A DNA stretch of 63,603 nt, counting the filler, from Octopus bimaculoides (lineage: Eukaryota), in the NCBI RefSeq assembly GCF_001194135.2. It is 5 parts of 5 records of this genome, joined end to end, with 100 filler letters (N's around TTAATTAATTAA, not from the genome) between each part and the next. Parts side by side here need not be neighbours in the genome. Positions count along the whole stretch, not along the records: positions 30,997 to 43,711 come from NC_068984.1; positions 43,812 to 55,420 come from NC_069000.1; 3 more parts are not named here. One strand, written 5' to 3'. A program made the translations under genes and the position numbers. Below are positions 38,207 through 51,741 of the stretch, piece after piece. The first letter of the stretch is position 1. Every line of letters begins with the position of its first letter. The notes below the pieces were generated by a model. That model had not been told where the DNA came from. It saw only the letters and a list, made by a program, of their open reading frames with translations, and ran no database searches.

Positions 38207-41204
38207 AAACGGTTTATCAAATATTTCAAAGATTTTATCTTTGCATCCTTTTTCAGAATTTTACTTTTGAATTATGGTTCGACAGGCACCTAATCTATGT
38301 ATTTTACTTGATCTTTCAAAAAATAACAGCCAAATATTTCTCAAATCATGCTCTAACATTCTGAAAAAAAAAAGGGATGCACTGAATATTGTAGGCCACG
38401 GTAGACTATGTTTGAAAAGAGAAAAATATGGAATCATCATACCCAGGTTAGTTCTGCTTGATCAGAGTCAAATTAGACATACAACTACATGAACAATCGA
38501 TACAATGGCTGAGTGATTAATGTGTTGGGCTATTGAGCACAGTGTCAAAGGTTCAAATCTTATTTCAACTAGTTGTGGAGTGCCCTGGAACAAGGTATAT
38601 GACTCTAGCTGAATGCTCCTTCCAGTTGTCTAACTAATAATAAATAAATAATTAATAAAGACAAAAAAAAGCACCCCTTTCTCTTACATTATGATGGGAG
38701 GGAGGGTAGAGAATAAGGAGAAGAAAAAAACACACCCTCCCCAAAAAATAAAAATGCAATGCTCTTAACATAAATAGAACATTTTATCCATACAAACATG
38801 GAGAAAAGGGTTATAAATAAAGCAATCTTCATAGAGATTAATAAATAACATAACATTTATAGAGCATTAAAGCAGTTTAATGCATGGCAATGGTTACAAG
38901 CGAGTGATTTTTTTTTTTTGTATCTGTTAAAATATCATTTACATTAGCTTTCTAAACTGTTTTGCTGGAGTATTTTTCTTTCTTTTATTAGATGAGGTTA
39001 CTTTATGAGAGAATAATATTTCTTTTTTTTTTTTTCCTCTCTAGTTTATTTAAATTTATATCTTCTTCCAGGCAATTGTCGTGTTTTCTTTTTGAAAATT
39101 TATTTCAGTAGCTAAATTCTAATGGAAAGGAAACCTGAAGAATAAATAAATAAATATATATAAGTGTGTGTGTATNNNNNNNNNNNNNNNNNNNNNNNNN
39201 NNNNNNNNNNNNNNNNNNNNNNNNNNNNNNNNNNNNNNNNNNNNNNNNNNNNNNNNNNNNNNNNNNNNNNNNNNNNNNNNNNNNNNNNNNNNNNNNNNNN
39301 NNNNNNNNNNNNNNNNNNNNNNNNNNNNNNNNNNNNNNNNNNNNNNNNNNNNNNNNNNNNNNNNNNNNNNNNNNNNNNNNNNNNNNNNNNNNNNNNNNNN
39401 NNNNNNNNNNNNNNNNNNNNNNNNNNNNNNNNNNNNNNNNNNNNNNNNNNNNNNNNNNNNNNNNNNNNNNNNNNNNNNNNNATACATACATACATACATA
39501 CATACATGTGTGTTTGTGTGTATTAATGAAGTGAATGCATTTTGGCATTTGTCTTGTCTCATTTTGTTAAATTCATTCACGAACTAAAAGAAATAATTTT
39601 TGAAAAATCTGTATTTATCTCAGACAGGAAAAAAAAAAAGAAGAAATTAAATAAAGAAGACAATCGCACAGGGGAAAAAAAAAAGAATTAAAGAAAGAAC
39701 ATATAAAACAAAGACACAATACATTATATTACGATTTACTTTATATCTAAAAATGTTGACTAATAGGATTGATTTTGTTCAAACCGTTCCAATATAAAAA
39801 AAAAAGAGAGGAAGAAAATAAAACATGAAAAATTAAAGAAAAAGAACAAATATAGAAACTAACAAAAACTATTTGATGCTTAAATATTTCACTCACTATC
39901 TAGAAAGTCAAAGGGGTTGTTGAAGGGGTTGAAGGGGTTATTTCAATATTAGAGTAGGGAGTTGCAACAAATGATGATCAACCTCTACACACATACACAC
40001 ACACACACGCACACACACACACACACGCACACACACACACGCACACACACACACGCGCACACACACACTTTTATCCTTCCTTCCTTTCTCTGATATCAAG
40101 AACCAGTTCAAATTCTAAAAATTAATCACCCGTACAAATTAACGAAGACAATTCATTAAATCATAATTATTGTTTGAATGTCAGTTCTTTGATAATTTCT
40201 TTCTTTGATAATTTGTCTGACCATATCAGGGAATATTTCTTTCCCATGATGGCCCTTATTTTCTTTTGTTTCATTCACTTCAACTTTTTATTTGGAGTAA
40301 CTGTTGAGGAATGAGGTCTTTAATGAAATTATCATTTAAAGGTAGTTAAATAAAATTTTAAAAAAAAAATTCAAATAAAGCAAAACTTAATATGATAATA
40401 AAATTTCTGTTATCATCATCATTTTCTCGGTCACTTTTCCATGCTTGCATGGGTGTGACAAAATTCATTGAGACAAATTTTCTATAGGTGGATGCCTTTC
40501 CTGCCATCAACCATCATCCACTTTTAAGTCAGGTAATATTTCCTTATGATCAGACATGTTTTTACAGAAGACTGGAAATGAAGGCCATTCCATGTATGAT
40601 AGTGATGCTCATTTACAACTATTCTGTAATTATCTAGACAAGGAGACACAAACTTACTCCTCCTACCCTCTCCATCTATATATTCATACATACTGCTTAG
40701 CAACTATACATTAGAACTAATTGTTTAATTTGATGTCGTTGCTTGCAGTAATAAGCAGGTGGTGGTGCAATAGACATACTATGCTAATGTTTAACTCCTG
40801 CTGGTTACTATTGATTTCTAGGCTGCATTTACCTTTTTAATGCTGTTGACACTATCAGATTGAATGGAACTGTCCAGGTGTCAAAACCATAGTGATATCA
40901 GCATGGCAGCTGATGATGAGAATTTATATTCATTATGCTTGTTTGTGAATTTTTTGCATCTCGGTCTCATTATTCTGAGTTGTCCTTCATTCTAGTAAAG
41001 TGGTAAGTGTTTCTGGATTCATAGTTTGTTGACATTACATTGATATTGGTTTAAGCTTAGATAATGCTTCAGATACTGGTGTCTAGTTTTAGGAGGTTCT
41101 GTGGCATGTGTGTGTGTGTGTGTGTGTGCATGTGTGTGTGTGCGTGTGTGTGTGTGTGTGTGAGTGTGTGTGTGTGTGTGTGTACGTGTGTGTGTGTGTG
41201 TATA

Positions 41205-42101
41205 CAGAGTGCAGAGAATAAACTGTTATCAAAATTACGCCAAAAAGGAAAATAACACTGACATCTCATTTTCACAGATATACTTACCATAATTTCATAA
41301 ACATATCTTGAAATGCTAAAAAGTAAATGTATTCAATTAAATTGTCATTGACTTCAACCATGGCCTCCAGACGACTTCAGAATCTCCTGCAACTCTTTTG
41401 GACAGCCCCTTTGTTTAAGTTGATGTATGCTGCCATAATCCTTGCCTTCAGTTCATCTTTGGTGTTACAAGGAGTTTTATTTGTCTCTCACTCAACTGCA
41501 CCCCACATATAATAATCGAGGGGGTTGCAGTCTGGGGAGTTAGGTGACCAGATGTTAGGAGTGATGTGGTCACAGAAATTGTCTGACAGCCATGGCTGGG
41601 CCCTCTTGCTTGTATGGCATGGTGTAGAGTCCTGTTGCCAGATGTAGGGTTTTCCAGTAACTACCCTCTTGACCCAGGGCAGCACTACCCCCTCCAGGCA
41701 CTTGCTATAGGTTTCTGTGTTGAGTCTGAGGCCGTGTGGGAAGATGAATGGAGGCATAACATCACCATCAGTGGTGATCACTCCAAACACCATGATGTTG
41801 ACTGGATGTTTGATATTTATCATTCTCGGTACATGTCCTCAGATTGCACTGAGATCTGAAGGCAAAGATTATGGCAGCATTCATCAACTTAAACAAGGAG
41901 ACCATCCCGAAGAGTTGCAGGAGATTCTGAAGTCATCTAGAGGCTGTATTTACAACCAATTGAGATTTTATTGAATAAATTTACTCTTTAATAGTTCAAG
42001 ATATTTTTATATAATTTTGGTAAATATATCTGTTAAAATGAGATGCCAGTGTTATTTTCATTTTTGCATATTATAGATGACAATATATTCCCCACACCCT
42101 G
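41205..42101 (-). mobile_element. DD37D (maT) Tc1/mariner relic with two inverted right ends and TA TSD
   Basis: WQQD-x37-D catalytic spacing (WSPNSPDCNPLD); about 250-bp arms at 41205-41457 and 41851-42101; TA at 41203-41204 and 42102-42103. Confidence 0.88.
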
Positions 42102-42117
42102 TATATTATACATATAT

Positions 42118-42355
42118 ATGTTTAAGTTGATGAATGCTACCATAATCTTTACCTTCAGTTCTTCTTTGGTGTTACAAGGAGTTTTGTTGGTCTCTCACTC
42201 AACTGCATTCCGCACATAATAACCAAGAGGGTTGCAGTCTGAGGAGTTAGGTGGCCAAATATTAGGAGTGATGTGGTTGCAGAAATTGTCTGACAGCCAC
42301 GACTGGGTTCTCCTGCTTGTGTGGCACGGTGCAGAGTCTTGTTGCCAGACATAGG
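42118..42355 (-). mobile_element. maT transposase C-terminal fragment
   Basis: Nucleotide similarity to 41440-41650. Confidence 0.8.
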
Positions 42356-42408
42356 GTCTATATATATATTGGAAAATTTAGATGTAATTTCAAACCAATC
42401 AAGTAACC

Positions 42409-43457
42409 AGGTGGAGGTTTCTTCTGCTGGGGTGGATGCTCAGAGAGTGTTACCACTAGAATAAGAATAGCCTGGGCAAAGTTAAGAAAGATTCTACCCC
42501 TACTGGTGACAAAGGCCTCTCGCTCAGAGTGAAAGGTAGACTGTAAGATGCATGTGTGCGAAATGCCATGCTTCACGACAGTGAAACATGGGCCGTGACT
42601 GCGGAGGACATGTGTAGGATCAAAAGAAATGAAGCTAGCATGATCCACCAGATGTGCAATGTCAGTGTGCACACACGACAGAGTGTCAGCGCCTTGAGAG
42701 AATTGTTGAACATAAGAGGCATTGGATTGTGGCATGCAAGACACGTTTGCGCTGGTATCGTCATGTACTAGGGATGGATGTGGAGAGTTGTGTGAAGAAG
42801 TGCCACTCCTAAACAGTTGAAGGAATCTGGGGTAGAGGTAGACCCAGGAAGACATGGGATCAGGTGGTGAAGCTTGACCACCGAACGTAGGGCCTCACAG
42901 AGGCAATGATGAAAGACCGAGACCTCTAGAGATATGCTGTGACTGCGAAGTCCCAGCAAATAAAGTGAATTCACGGCTGTATCCTACACCAGTTTTGCAT
43001 AACCAGCCCCAATCCATTCAAAAGTACCTTGGATCATGGGGCAACCTGCTGTGCTTGAAGAGACCTATTGAGTCAAGTACATCAACATCAACATCAACAT
43101 CAAAATGAAAATCAAATGGAAACTGTAGTTGTGACACCTGTGCCGGTGGCACGTAAAAGCACCATGCAAACGTGGCTAATGCCAGCACCACCTTGACTGG
43201 CTTCCATGCCAGTGGCACGTAAAAAGTAGCAACTGATCGTGGCTGTTACCAGCCTCCTCTGGTCCCTGTGCCAGTGGCACGTAAAAAGCACCCACTACAC
43301 TCACAGAGTGGTTGGCGTTAGGAAGGGCATCCAACTGTAGCAACACTGCAAGATCAGACTGGAGGCTGGTGCAGCCTCCTGGCTTCTCAGACCCCAGTCA
43401 AACCATCCAACCCATGCTAGCATGGAAAACGGACGTTAAACGATGATGATGATGATG
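42409..43457 (+). mobile_element. RTE-clade LINE 3' end plus 3' tail ending in (GAT)n
   Basis: AWAKLRKILPLL...SLRVKGRL, RNAMLHDSETWAV, RGRPRKTW; tail GGCGTTAGGAAGGGCATCC...CCCATGCTAGCATGGAAAACGGACGTTAAACGATGATGATG. Confidence 0.88.
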
Positions 43458-43852
43458 TATGTCTGACTGCATCTGGTGCAATTTAAATAGTCCCTTTGCT
43501 ATTTCCTCAATGATAAATTCTATCAACATTTTCTCAATATAACGTATAAGTTACATGCCATTGATGATTTGGCAACATGTCCTGATTATGTAATTTATTT
43601 TATGTCAATAGAAGTCACCTAATGTTAATGAACTGTATGTGAGATGGTTTAGATAAATATCTTATAAACTATCCCTCATTTTCTTTTATTATAAATAAAC
43701 ATATATATATANNNNNNNNNNNNNNNNNNNNNNNNNNNNNNNNNNNNNNNNNNNNTTAATTAATTAANNNNNNNNNNNNNNNNNNNNNNNNNNNNNNNNN
43801 NNNNNNNNNNNAATGACAAAGGGATGAGGTGAGGTTGACCTCTCCATGGCAG

Positions 43853-44046
43853 TAGTGGTGGTGGTGGTGGTGGTGGTGGTGGTGGTGGCGGTGGTGGTGG
43901 TAGACATGGTGTCGGCGGTGACACTGGCAGCAGTGATGGTGGTGACAATGATGATAATGTTATGATGATGATCATGATCATGATGATGCTGATGATGACG
44001 ACGACGACAGCAATGATGGTGATGATGATAATGATGACAATGATGT

Positions 44047-44082
<36 letters not shown>

Positions 44083-44092
44083 CAATGATGTC

Positions 44093-44130
<38 letters not shown>

Positions 44131-44225
44131 CGATGGTGACGATGATGATGACAACAATGGCGACAACAACGACAACAAAGATGATGATGATGATGACGAC
44201 GACGATGATGGTGATGATGATGATA
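43853..44225. repeat. (GGT)n/(GAT)n compound microsatellite
   Basis: Direct reading. Confidence 0.95.
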
Positions 44226-44904
44226 AGTTGAATGAAGTCAGGACAGAATAAATCAACCATCAAACAACAAAAGCATCAATATTGAACAGACGCAGGTGTG
44301 TTCAGGTGAGTGAGTTAAACATTGTCCATTGAGCAAAATGAGTCAACCAAATGCATCAAAGAATTAAACTATCAGCTATTGTACAGGTAAAAACACATGC
44401 ACAGTAAGTAAATGGGTGGGGTGGAGGGAGGGAGGGAGGAAGCATGTAGCAACAAGAGAAGTCAGTTGTGGGGATCAGGGTCAGGGTAAAGGATCGGTAA
44501 GGGTGGGTGGGGGTAGGAAGAAAAGGACTTTGTGGAAAAGGGAAAAGGTAAAAAAAAAATATTGAGACAAGTAAAAGAAAATATGGAAGAAACAGGAATG
44601 AGAAAAAGGAAGAAAGAGAGAAGAAAGGATTAGAACAAAATGAAGCGGAGAAGGGAATAGGAGGATGGATAATAACAGGCTGGGTATCTATCATCATTGT
44701 CGTCATCATCATCATCTTTATCAGCATCGTATAAGGTCTGTTTTCCATGCTGGCATGGGCTGGAAAGCTTGACAGGGGTTGAAAAGGCCAGGGGTCACAT
44801 TAGGTTCCATAGTCTGTTTTGGTTTGCTTTCTACAGTTGGATGCCATTTCTAATGCCAACTGCTTTACAGAGTGTACTGGGTGCCTTTTGCCTGCCACCA
44901 TCAT

Positions 44905-45445
44905 TAGTGCTTTTTATGTGAGACTATCACCAGTATTTTTTGCATGACACTAGCACCAACACATTTTATGTGGCACCATCACCAGTATATTTTATGTGGC
45001 ACCGTCACCAGTACATTTTATGTGGCACCATCACCAGTACATTTTATGTGGCACCATCACCAGTACATTTTATGTGGCACCAGCACCAGTACATTTTATG
45101 TGGCACCAGCACCAGTACTTTTTATGTGGCACCGTCACCAGTACATTTTATGTGGTACCATCACCAGTACATTTTATGTGACACCATCACCAGTACATTT
45201 TATGTGGCACCAGCACCAGTACATTTTATGTGGCACCAGCACCAGTACATTTTATGTGGCACATCACCAGTACATTTTATGTGGCACCATCACCAGTACA
45301 TTTTATGTGGCACTAGCACCAGTGATTTTTATGTGACACCAGCGATTTTTATGTGACAGCAGCACCAGAACATTTTGTGGCACCATCACCAGTACTTTTT
45401 ACGTGGCACCATCACTAATGCTCTTTATATGACATCATCACCAGT
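44905..45445. repeat. 26-bp minisatellite, about 20 copies (TGGCACCATCACCAGTACATTTTATG)
   Basis: Tandem units with no spacers; embedded in a reversed RTE-tail repeat. Confidence 0.93.
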
Positions 45446-46689
45446 GCTAGCAAGGAAAGCGAACGTTAAACGATGATGATGATGATGATGATGATATAGG
45501 AGGATGCTTAGTCTGTCCTAGATGAGAATCAAAACAAAAGTACTCAAAGTAATCATATGTTGTTTGCAGATGACATGGTACTGGCAACAATCCTTTACAA
45601 TAATTATATTGTCTTGAGGACAACTTTTCAAGTACCTGTCAGGACTTCAACCTGATGAATAGCCTCAAGAAAACCAATGCATTGCACCAAGGTATGGTCG
45701 CCTCATCTGCCATTCCATGAAAAAAATTGTAAGCTGTAAGTAATTCATGAGTTCATATACCTTAACTCCACCTTCACAGAGAGTCTCTCCCTAGAGTCTG
45801 ATGTCAGCAGGTGAATCAGAAGACACTTATAAGACTCATAGAGTCGAGAAGAACGGCAAGCTAACACTGCTAAGGTTGCAGTCCACAGAACTTTAGCTTT
45901 TCAGTACTCTGTTTTATGTCAGTGAGATCAGAGGCGTCTATTCTCGTCAAAAGTTGCATACCAATGCATTGCACCTTCACTACTTGAGAAGCATCATCAT
46001 ATGCACTGACTGTGTCACCAACAATGTATTTCCAGCCTGTGTCTATATACTCAACATCTTTATCCTGTTTCTTCAATGACATCATTGTTAACTATACCAC
46101 ATATACTGTATAGCAGATGAAAGGATCAGGAAATAACAGTTGTATGAGTAACTGGTATTCAGCAAGTGAGAATAAGAGCAATCCCATTATGATTTCAAGA
46201 TGTTTGCAAGAGGGAAATGAAATGAAATCATTGGACATAAGGAATTTAAAGTGAAAGCACATTAACGAAGTAATTACTCTCACTGGAGACTGAAACAAAT
46301 CAAGCCATTAGGAGGAGGTGAGAAGAAGCTGATAATTGTTGATAATTGCCATTGAAGAGGAATTTGTCCAATTAACAAACAATACCAGAACAGTGTTGTC
46401 AGGTAGTATCTTTAAATCCAGTCACTGCATATTTGGACCTCTATAGCTACTGCAAATTTTGCCTTGTTAACAAGAATTTTCAGATACAGACCCAAGGTCT
46501 TGTGAGACTAATGGATGTGACTGAACATCAACATATCCAGAAATCAAGTGAAATATCTGTGAAGGTAGGGAAATCTAAAAATGCATATGAAATTAACTTT
46601 AGTATTCACAACACTCTTCTGACAAATAATAACTACAAAAACCACAATATCAACACTCAAGCTTAACAGATTTCAGATTCTTAAACTAA

Positions 46690-47790
46690 AAGAAACTTAC
46701 GTTATATTAAGGGATCACAAACCAAGGAATATATATAATCTCCTACTAAATCCATCATACCAATGGAAACTGAACCAGGAAGAATCAGCAAAAATATATT
46801 TAAATAGAATCAATAACAGTATCTAAAAAACCCTAGATTAATACTTGAGAATAAAGTCCTCTTATAAATTAATTGACATGTATCTGAGAAATACAAGACT
46901 ATACATTTACCCAATTTGACATAGTTAACTACAATCCATTATTACTATGTATCTATTATTAAAGGCTCTTGGTTTCATAAAATTCCATTCAATGCAGATC
47001 TCTAATGCAGGCATCAGAGATTTTGAGCTTAATATGTTTTAGATTTAATTCACAAGATCACAATAAAAGACATAGACATTTGAATTAATATGTAAAAGGG
47101 AGCACACCTTAATGGTGGACTTTATAGAGATGATAGTCTATTGATCTTATGAAATATAAACAGGCAGCTGCCAGATGAGTTTAGGAAGAATATATATATA
47201 TAACAAAACCATTTAATGACTTGAGACTAAAAATTTCATTAAGCATAAAATGGTAAGTTCCTTAGATGTAACATTCAGCCTTAGTAATGGAAAATTTCAA
47301 CTATACAATAAACCTTATGATTCAATATTATATCTAATAATTCAAATTACCCACTATGTGTCACCCAGCAGCCCAGACAAGTGAAACTGTAAAATTCTTG
47401 TATGAGGAATTATGGCAACATAACACATTTTCCCCTTGAATATAAGTGAGAAATTATTTAATAGCAATTTGCTTAAAATAAGTTATTTTACTTTAACAAA
47501 CTTAACTAAAACTGTAACAACCATGAATAATTAAAAGAAAAAAGAATGGCATTGATTTTTACAAATATAAGCATAAACTAATTTAAGGATGATTTCATCA
47601 ACACAACTTTACATTTAGAATGCTCCAAAGAAGAACGACTACAAAACTTACAGCACATAAATGGTTTTTGTAAAATAATATATTGCCAGCTATTAAGCGA
47701 AGACTTTTAGATTAAGTTCTCATACACAATAAAATATTTTTTTGTAGTTATTGCATCATAGAAAAGCTATTGATCTTCAAATATCCTAGC
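46690..47790 (+). mobile_element. Penelope-like element RT relic, heavily decayed
   Basis: Fragmentary motifs ILRDHKP, LLNPS, GRISKNI, FTQFDIV, GLYRDD, FLDVTFSL, LFNSNLLKISY in the expected order across frameshifts. Confidence 0.75.
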
Positions 47791-47918
47791 ATAATATTAA
47801 ATTGGCATATAGGATAATTTAAATTGGCATAGAGGATCACATGCAGACATGCCTGCATAAAAACTTTAATGACATTTCAGTAGAAGCAATATGAGATTCT
47901 TCACACACATGCATGCAT

Positions 47919-47958
<40 letters not shown>

Positions 47959-48027
47959 ATCTGCACATAGAACATAACTAAAATAAACATAATAACATAC
48001 AGACACATGTGTATATATATATATATA

Positions 48028-48066
<39 letters not shown>

Positions 48067-48483
48067 AACAGTTCAAATGAGCATACTTGAAGACACATAT
48101 ATACGTAGGGATTGGAATTAATATACAGAAGGAAAGGACACCAATATATTTATAGCACAAACATAATAACTGACAAGAATACAAGATTCATAGTTAAAAT
48201 AGAATAAGAAAATAGAATTACAAACCACAGTGATTTTAACAATCAACAAGCAGATATTACTTGAAACGCTATGAAAGGATGAAACTATTAGTGGTAACAT
48301 AAATTGAATATCGGGCTATTAATTAGAATACTGTAGACTTTGCTTTCTAGTGTTGAACTTACTTTCGCTTTCATGCCCTTTATTTCTGTATCTATCAATC
48401 AATCTATCAATCTATCTGTCTGACTGTCTGTCTGTCTGACTGTCTGTCTGTCTGACTGCCTGTCTGTCTGACTGTCTGTCTGC

Positions 48484-48543
<60 letters not shown>

Positions 48544-48977
48544 TTATACATATATATATTCATCTGTGAGTGAGTTTTTGTGTTAGCCTTTTGGTTAAGA
48601 TCAAAGTGTAGTATATATCTATGTATATATACACACATTTATATANNNNNNNNNNNNNNNNNNNNNNNNNNNNNNNNNNNNNNNNNNNNNNNNNNNNNNN
48701 NNNNNNNNNNNNNNNNNNNNNNNNNNNNNNNNNNNNNNNNNNNNNNNNNNNNNNNNNNNNNNNNNNNNNNNNNNNNNNNNNNNNNNNNNNNNNNNNNNNN
48801 NNNNNNNNNNNNNNNNNNNNNNNNNNNNNNNNNNNNNNNNNNNNNNNNNNNNNNNNNNNNNNNNNNNNNNNNNNNNNNNNNNNNNNNNNNNNNNNNNNNN
48901 NNNNNNNNNNNNNNNNNNNNNNNNNNNNNNNNNNNNNNNNNNNNNNNNNNNNNNNNNNNNNNNNNNNNNNNNNNNNN

Positions 48978-49139
48978 NTGAACAAATCACCCCCGGGATT
49001 TATTCTTTGTAAGCCTAGTACTTATTCTATCGGTTTCTTTTGCCGAACTGCTAAGTTACGGGGACGTAAACACACCAGCATCGGTTGTCAAGCGATGTTG
49101 GGGGGACAAACACAGAGACACAAACATATACATACACAC

Positions 49140-49190
<51 letters not shown>

Positions 49191-49302
49191 ATGGTGGGCT
49201 CCTTTCAGTTTCCATCTACCAAATCCACTAAGAAGGCTTTGGTCAGCCCAAGGCTATAGTAGAAGACACTTGCCCAGGGTGCCACGCAGTGGGACTGAAC
49301 CC
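48978..49302 (-). mobile_element. CORE-like SINE family B, head truncated next to a maT copy
   Basis: AGAAGACACTTGCCCAGGGTGCCACGCAGTGGGACTGAACCC. Confidence 0.85.
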
Positions 49303-49314
49303 CTGCGCCTAATA

Positions 49315-50456
49315 CAGGTTGTAGTGAATAAAATGTCATCTAAATTATGCAAAAATGAAAGTAACACTGACATTTCATTTTAACAGATATATTTACCAAA
49401 ATTACATTAAAATATCTTGAAATACCAAAGAATAAATTTATTCCATAGAATTGCTATTGGCTTCAACCACGGTCTCCAGGCAAGTTTGGAATCCCTTGCA
49501 ACTCTTCTAGACAGTCTCCTTGTTTAAGTTGGTGAATGCTGCCCTAATCCTTGCCTTCAGTTCATCTATGATATTAGAAGGAGTTTTGTTGGTCTCTCGT
49601 TCAACTGTGCCCCACACATAATAATTAAGTGGGGTGCAGTCTGGGGAGTTAGGTGGCCATATATTAGGGGTGGTGTGGTCACAGAAATTGTCTGACAGCC
49701 ATGACTGGGTTCTCCTGCTTGTATGACATGGTGCAGAGTCCTGTTGCCAAACATAGGATCTTCCAGCAACCACCCTCTTCACCCAGGGCAACACTGCTTC
49801 CTCCAGGCACTTGATGTAGGCCTCTGTGTTGAGTCTGAGGCAATGTAGGAAGATGAATGGAGGCATAATGACATCATCGCTAGTGATCACTCCAAACACC
49901 ATGATGTTGACTGGATGTTTGATTTTTATCATGCTCAGTACATGTTTTGAGGATATGGCAAGTCAACAATTGTTCTGTGTGATCACCATCTGAGCCTAGA
50001 AGAAATTTTTCTAGTCTGAGAAAAACCAAAGCATGTTTGGTTGGTGGGGATGCTTGAGTTTGTTCAAAAGCTTCATAGCATGATTTTTCCTCTTGTCCTT
50101 GATGACTTGGGATAAAAATTGCCCATTTTTCATCTTGTATGAGGAATGCCAAACGTCTTCACTCTCTACCTGCCAGATAAGAAACTTAGACACTCACACA
50201 TCCCTAGTGATAGACCTAACCGACTTGGGAGGGATCATTGTCAATCATAGCCTGAATCTCACCAACAAATTCAGTTCTTTTCTTATCAGAACAAACAGAG
50301 TGAGTTTTCTGAGCTGCTGTACCTTCATAATCACCATTAGACTCATCCAACTCTCTCCAAATCCTCTGCACTATCCTCAGATTGACATCCACACTCTCTG
50401 ATATATTTGTATTGGAGCTTCCAGCACAAATACCAAGCACTACAGCATGTTGGTTC
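49315..50456 (-). pseudogene. DD37D maT transposase pseudogene with right TIR
   Basis: WQQDSAPCH...WPPNSPDCTPLN; N-terminal HTH-like region at 50216-50450; terminal TA|CAGG at 49313; frameshifts. Confidence 0.88.
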
Positions 50457-50518
50457 CATAATGTTGTTTCCATAATGTTGTTTCCATAATGTTGTTTCCA
50501 TAATGTTGTTTCCATAAT
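50454..50518. repeat. 14-bp tandem repeat TTCCATAATGTTGT, about 4.5 copies
   Basis: Direct reading; abuts the 5' end of the transposase relic. Confidence 0.9.
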
Positions 50519-50926
50519 AAGTTATTTTCTATTAAACATAACTAGTTCAGGAACCTTTTGATATCACCTCATATTTATTTAACAATGTCTTGAATTAATC
50601 ATGCATTATTCCATAGTTTCAATATATCAATGATATTGTTTATTTTTAGAATGACATTATAGGGTAGATGTAAGGGGCCAGACCTGACTGGTTTGAGCAT
50701 AAAACAGGGAGAATATTTGGGCTGGATATGGCTGGTTTAAATCCTAAAGGTTTAAGGCAATGCTGTCTTATCCTTATTATATTATATTTCTAATTAGACT
50801 TTTGATCCTCTCTACATTAAACATGTCAAACCAACTACTATCATCTTCTTTATTCTTCCCCTGGACACACCCTCAAATTCTGTTTCTCTCTATTTCCATT
50901 TCTCTGTCAATATATCTATCTATTAA

Positions 50927-51355
50927 GGCAGCAAGCTGGCAGAATCGTTAGCATGCCGGGCGAAATGCTTAGCAGTATTTTATCTGCCATTACGTTCTGA
51001 GTTCAAATTCCGCCGAGGTCGACTTTGCCTTTTATCCTTTTGGGGTCGATAAATTAAGTACCAGTTACACACTGGGGTCAATGTAATCGACTTAATCCCT
51101 TTGTCTGTCCTTGTTTGTCCCCCCTGTCTTTAGCCCCTTGAGGGCAATAAAGAAATAAGAAATGTTAGCACGCTGTGTGAAATGCTTAGCGGTATTTTGT
51201 CTGTCTTTATGTTCTGAGTTCAAATTCCGCTGAGGTTGACTTTGGCTCTCATCCTTTTGGGGTTGATAAATTAAGTACCAGGTGCAAACTGAGGTCAATC
51301 TAATCAACTAGCCCCTTACCCCAAAATTTCGGACTTTCAGCCTAGAAAAGAAAAG
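50927..51355 (+). mobile_element. Dimeric SINE family A with perfect 14-bp TSD
   Basis: AATATATCTATCTA at 50909-50922 and 51356-51369; same two-monomer layout as 88-518. Confidence 0.92.
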
Positions 51356-51378
51356 AATATATCTATCTACTGTAACCT

Positions 51379-51415
<37 letters not shown>

Positions 51416-51741
51416 AGCCCTCTGTCACTCCCTCTCCTCCTCTGTCACTCCCTCTCCCCCACTCTCCACTTGATTTTAAAACTAAATCGTTTTTGGATTC
51501 AGTTATAAAAACAAGTGGAGAGAAGCCAGTTAGCCAACCATGACCAAACACAGCACACACCCTCATATACAAAGAAATACCCCAAACACCCACCCACTTT
51601 CCAAAGGTAGGAACAGTTAATTGACACCCTTATCTGATCAACTGTAAAAGATCTGATAACAGATAGCTCTAACCAGGCACAACAAATCTAAACCCATGGA
51701 AAAAAAAAAAAGTAACAGATCAATCTGCCTATCAATTTCAC

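Noticed and set aside
43760-44263. Poly-Ile, poly-Met and poly-Ser ORFs (likewise most ORF-track entries)
   Set aside because: They are translations of tri- and tetranucleotide microsatellites.
44905-45445. CRISPR-like array or repetitive His/Trp ORFs
   Set aside because: The units abut with no unique spacers, there are no cas genes and the context is eukaryotic. The ORFs are a by-product of the 26-bp period.
45870-46085. ORF with a cadherin-like 'DTVSAYDD' motif
   Set aside because: It lacks the other cadherin calcium-binding motifs and the neighbouring frames contain stops; unassigned.
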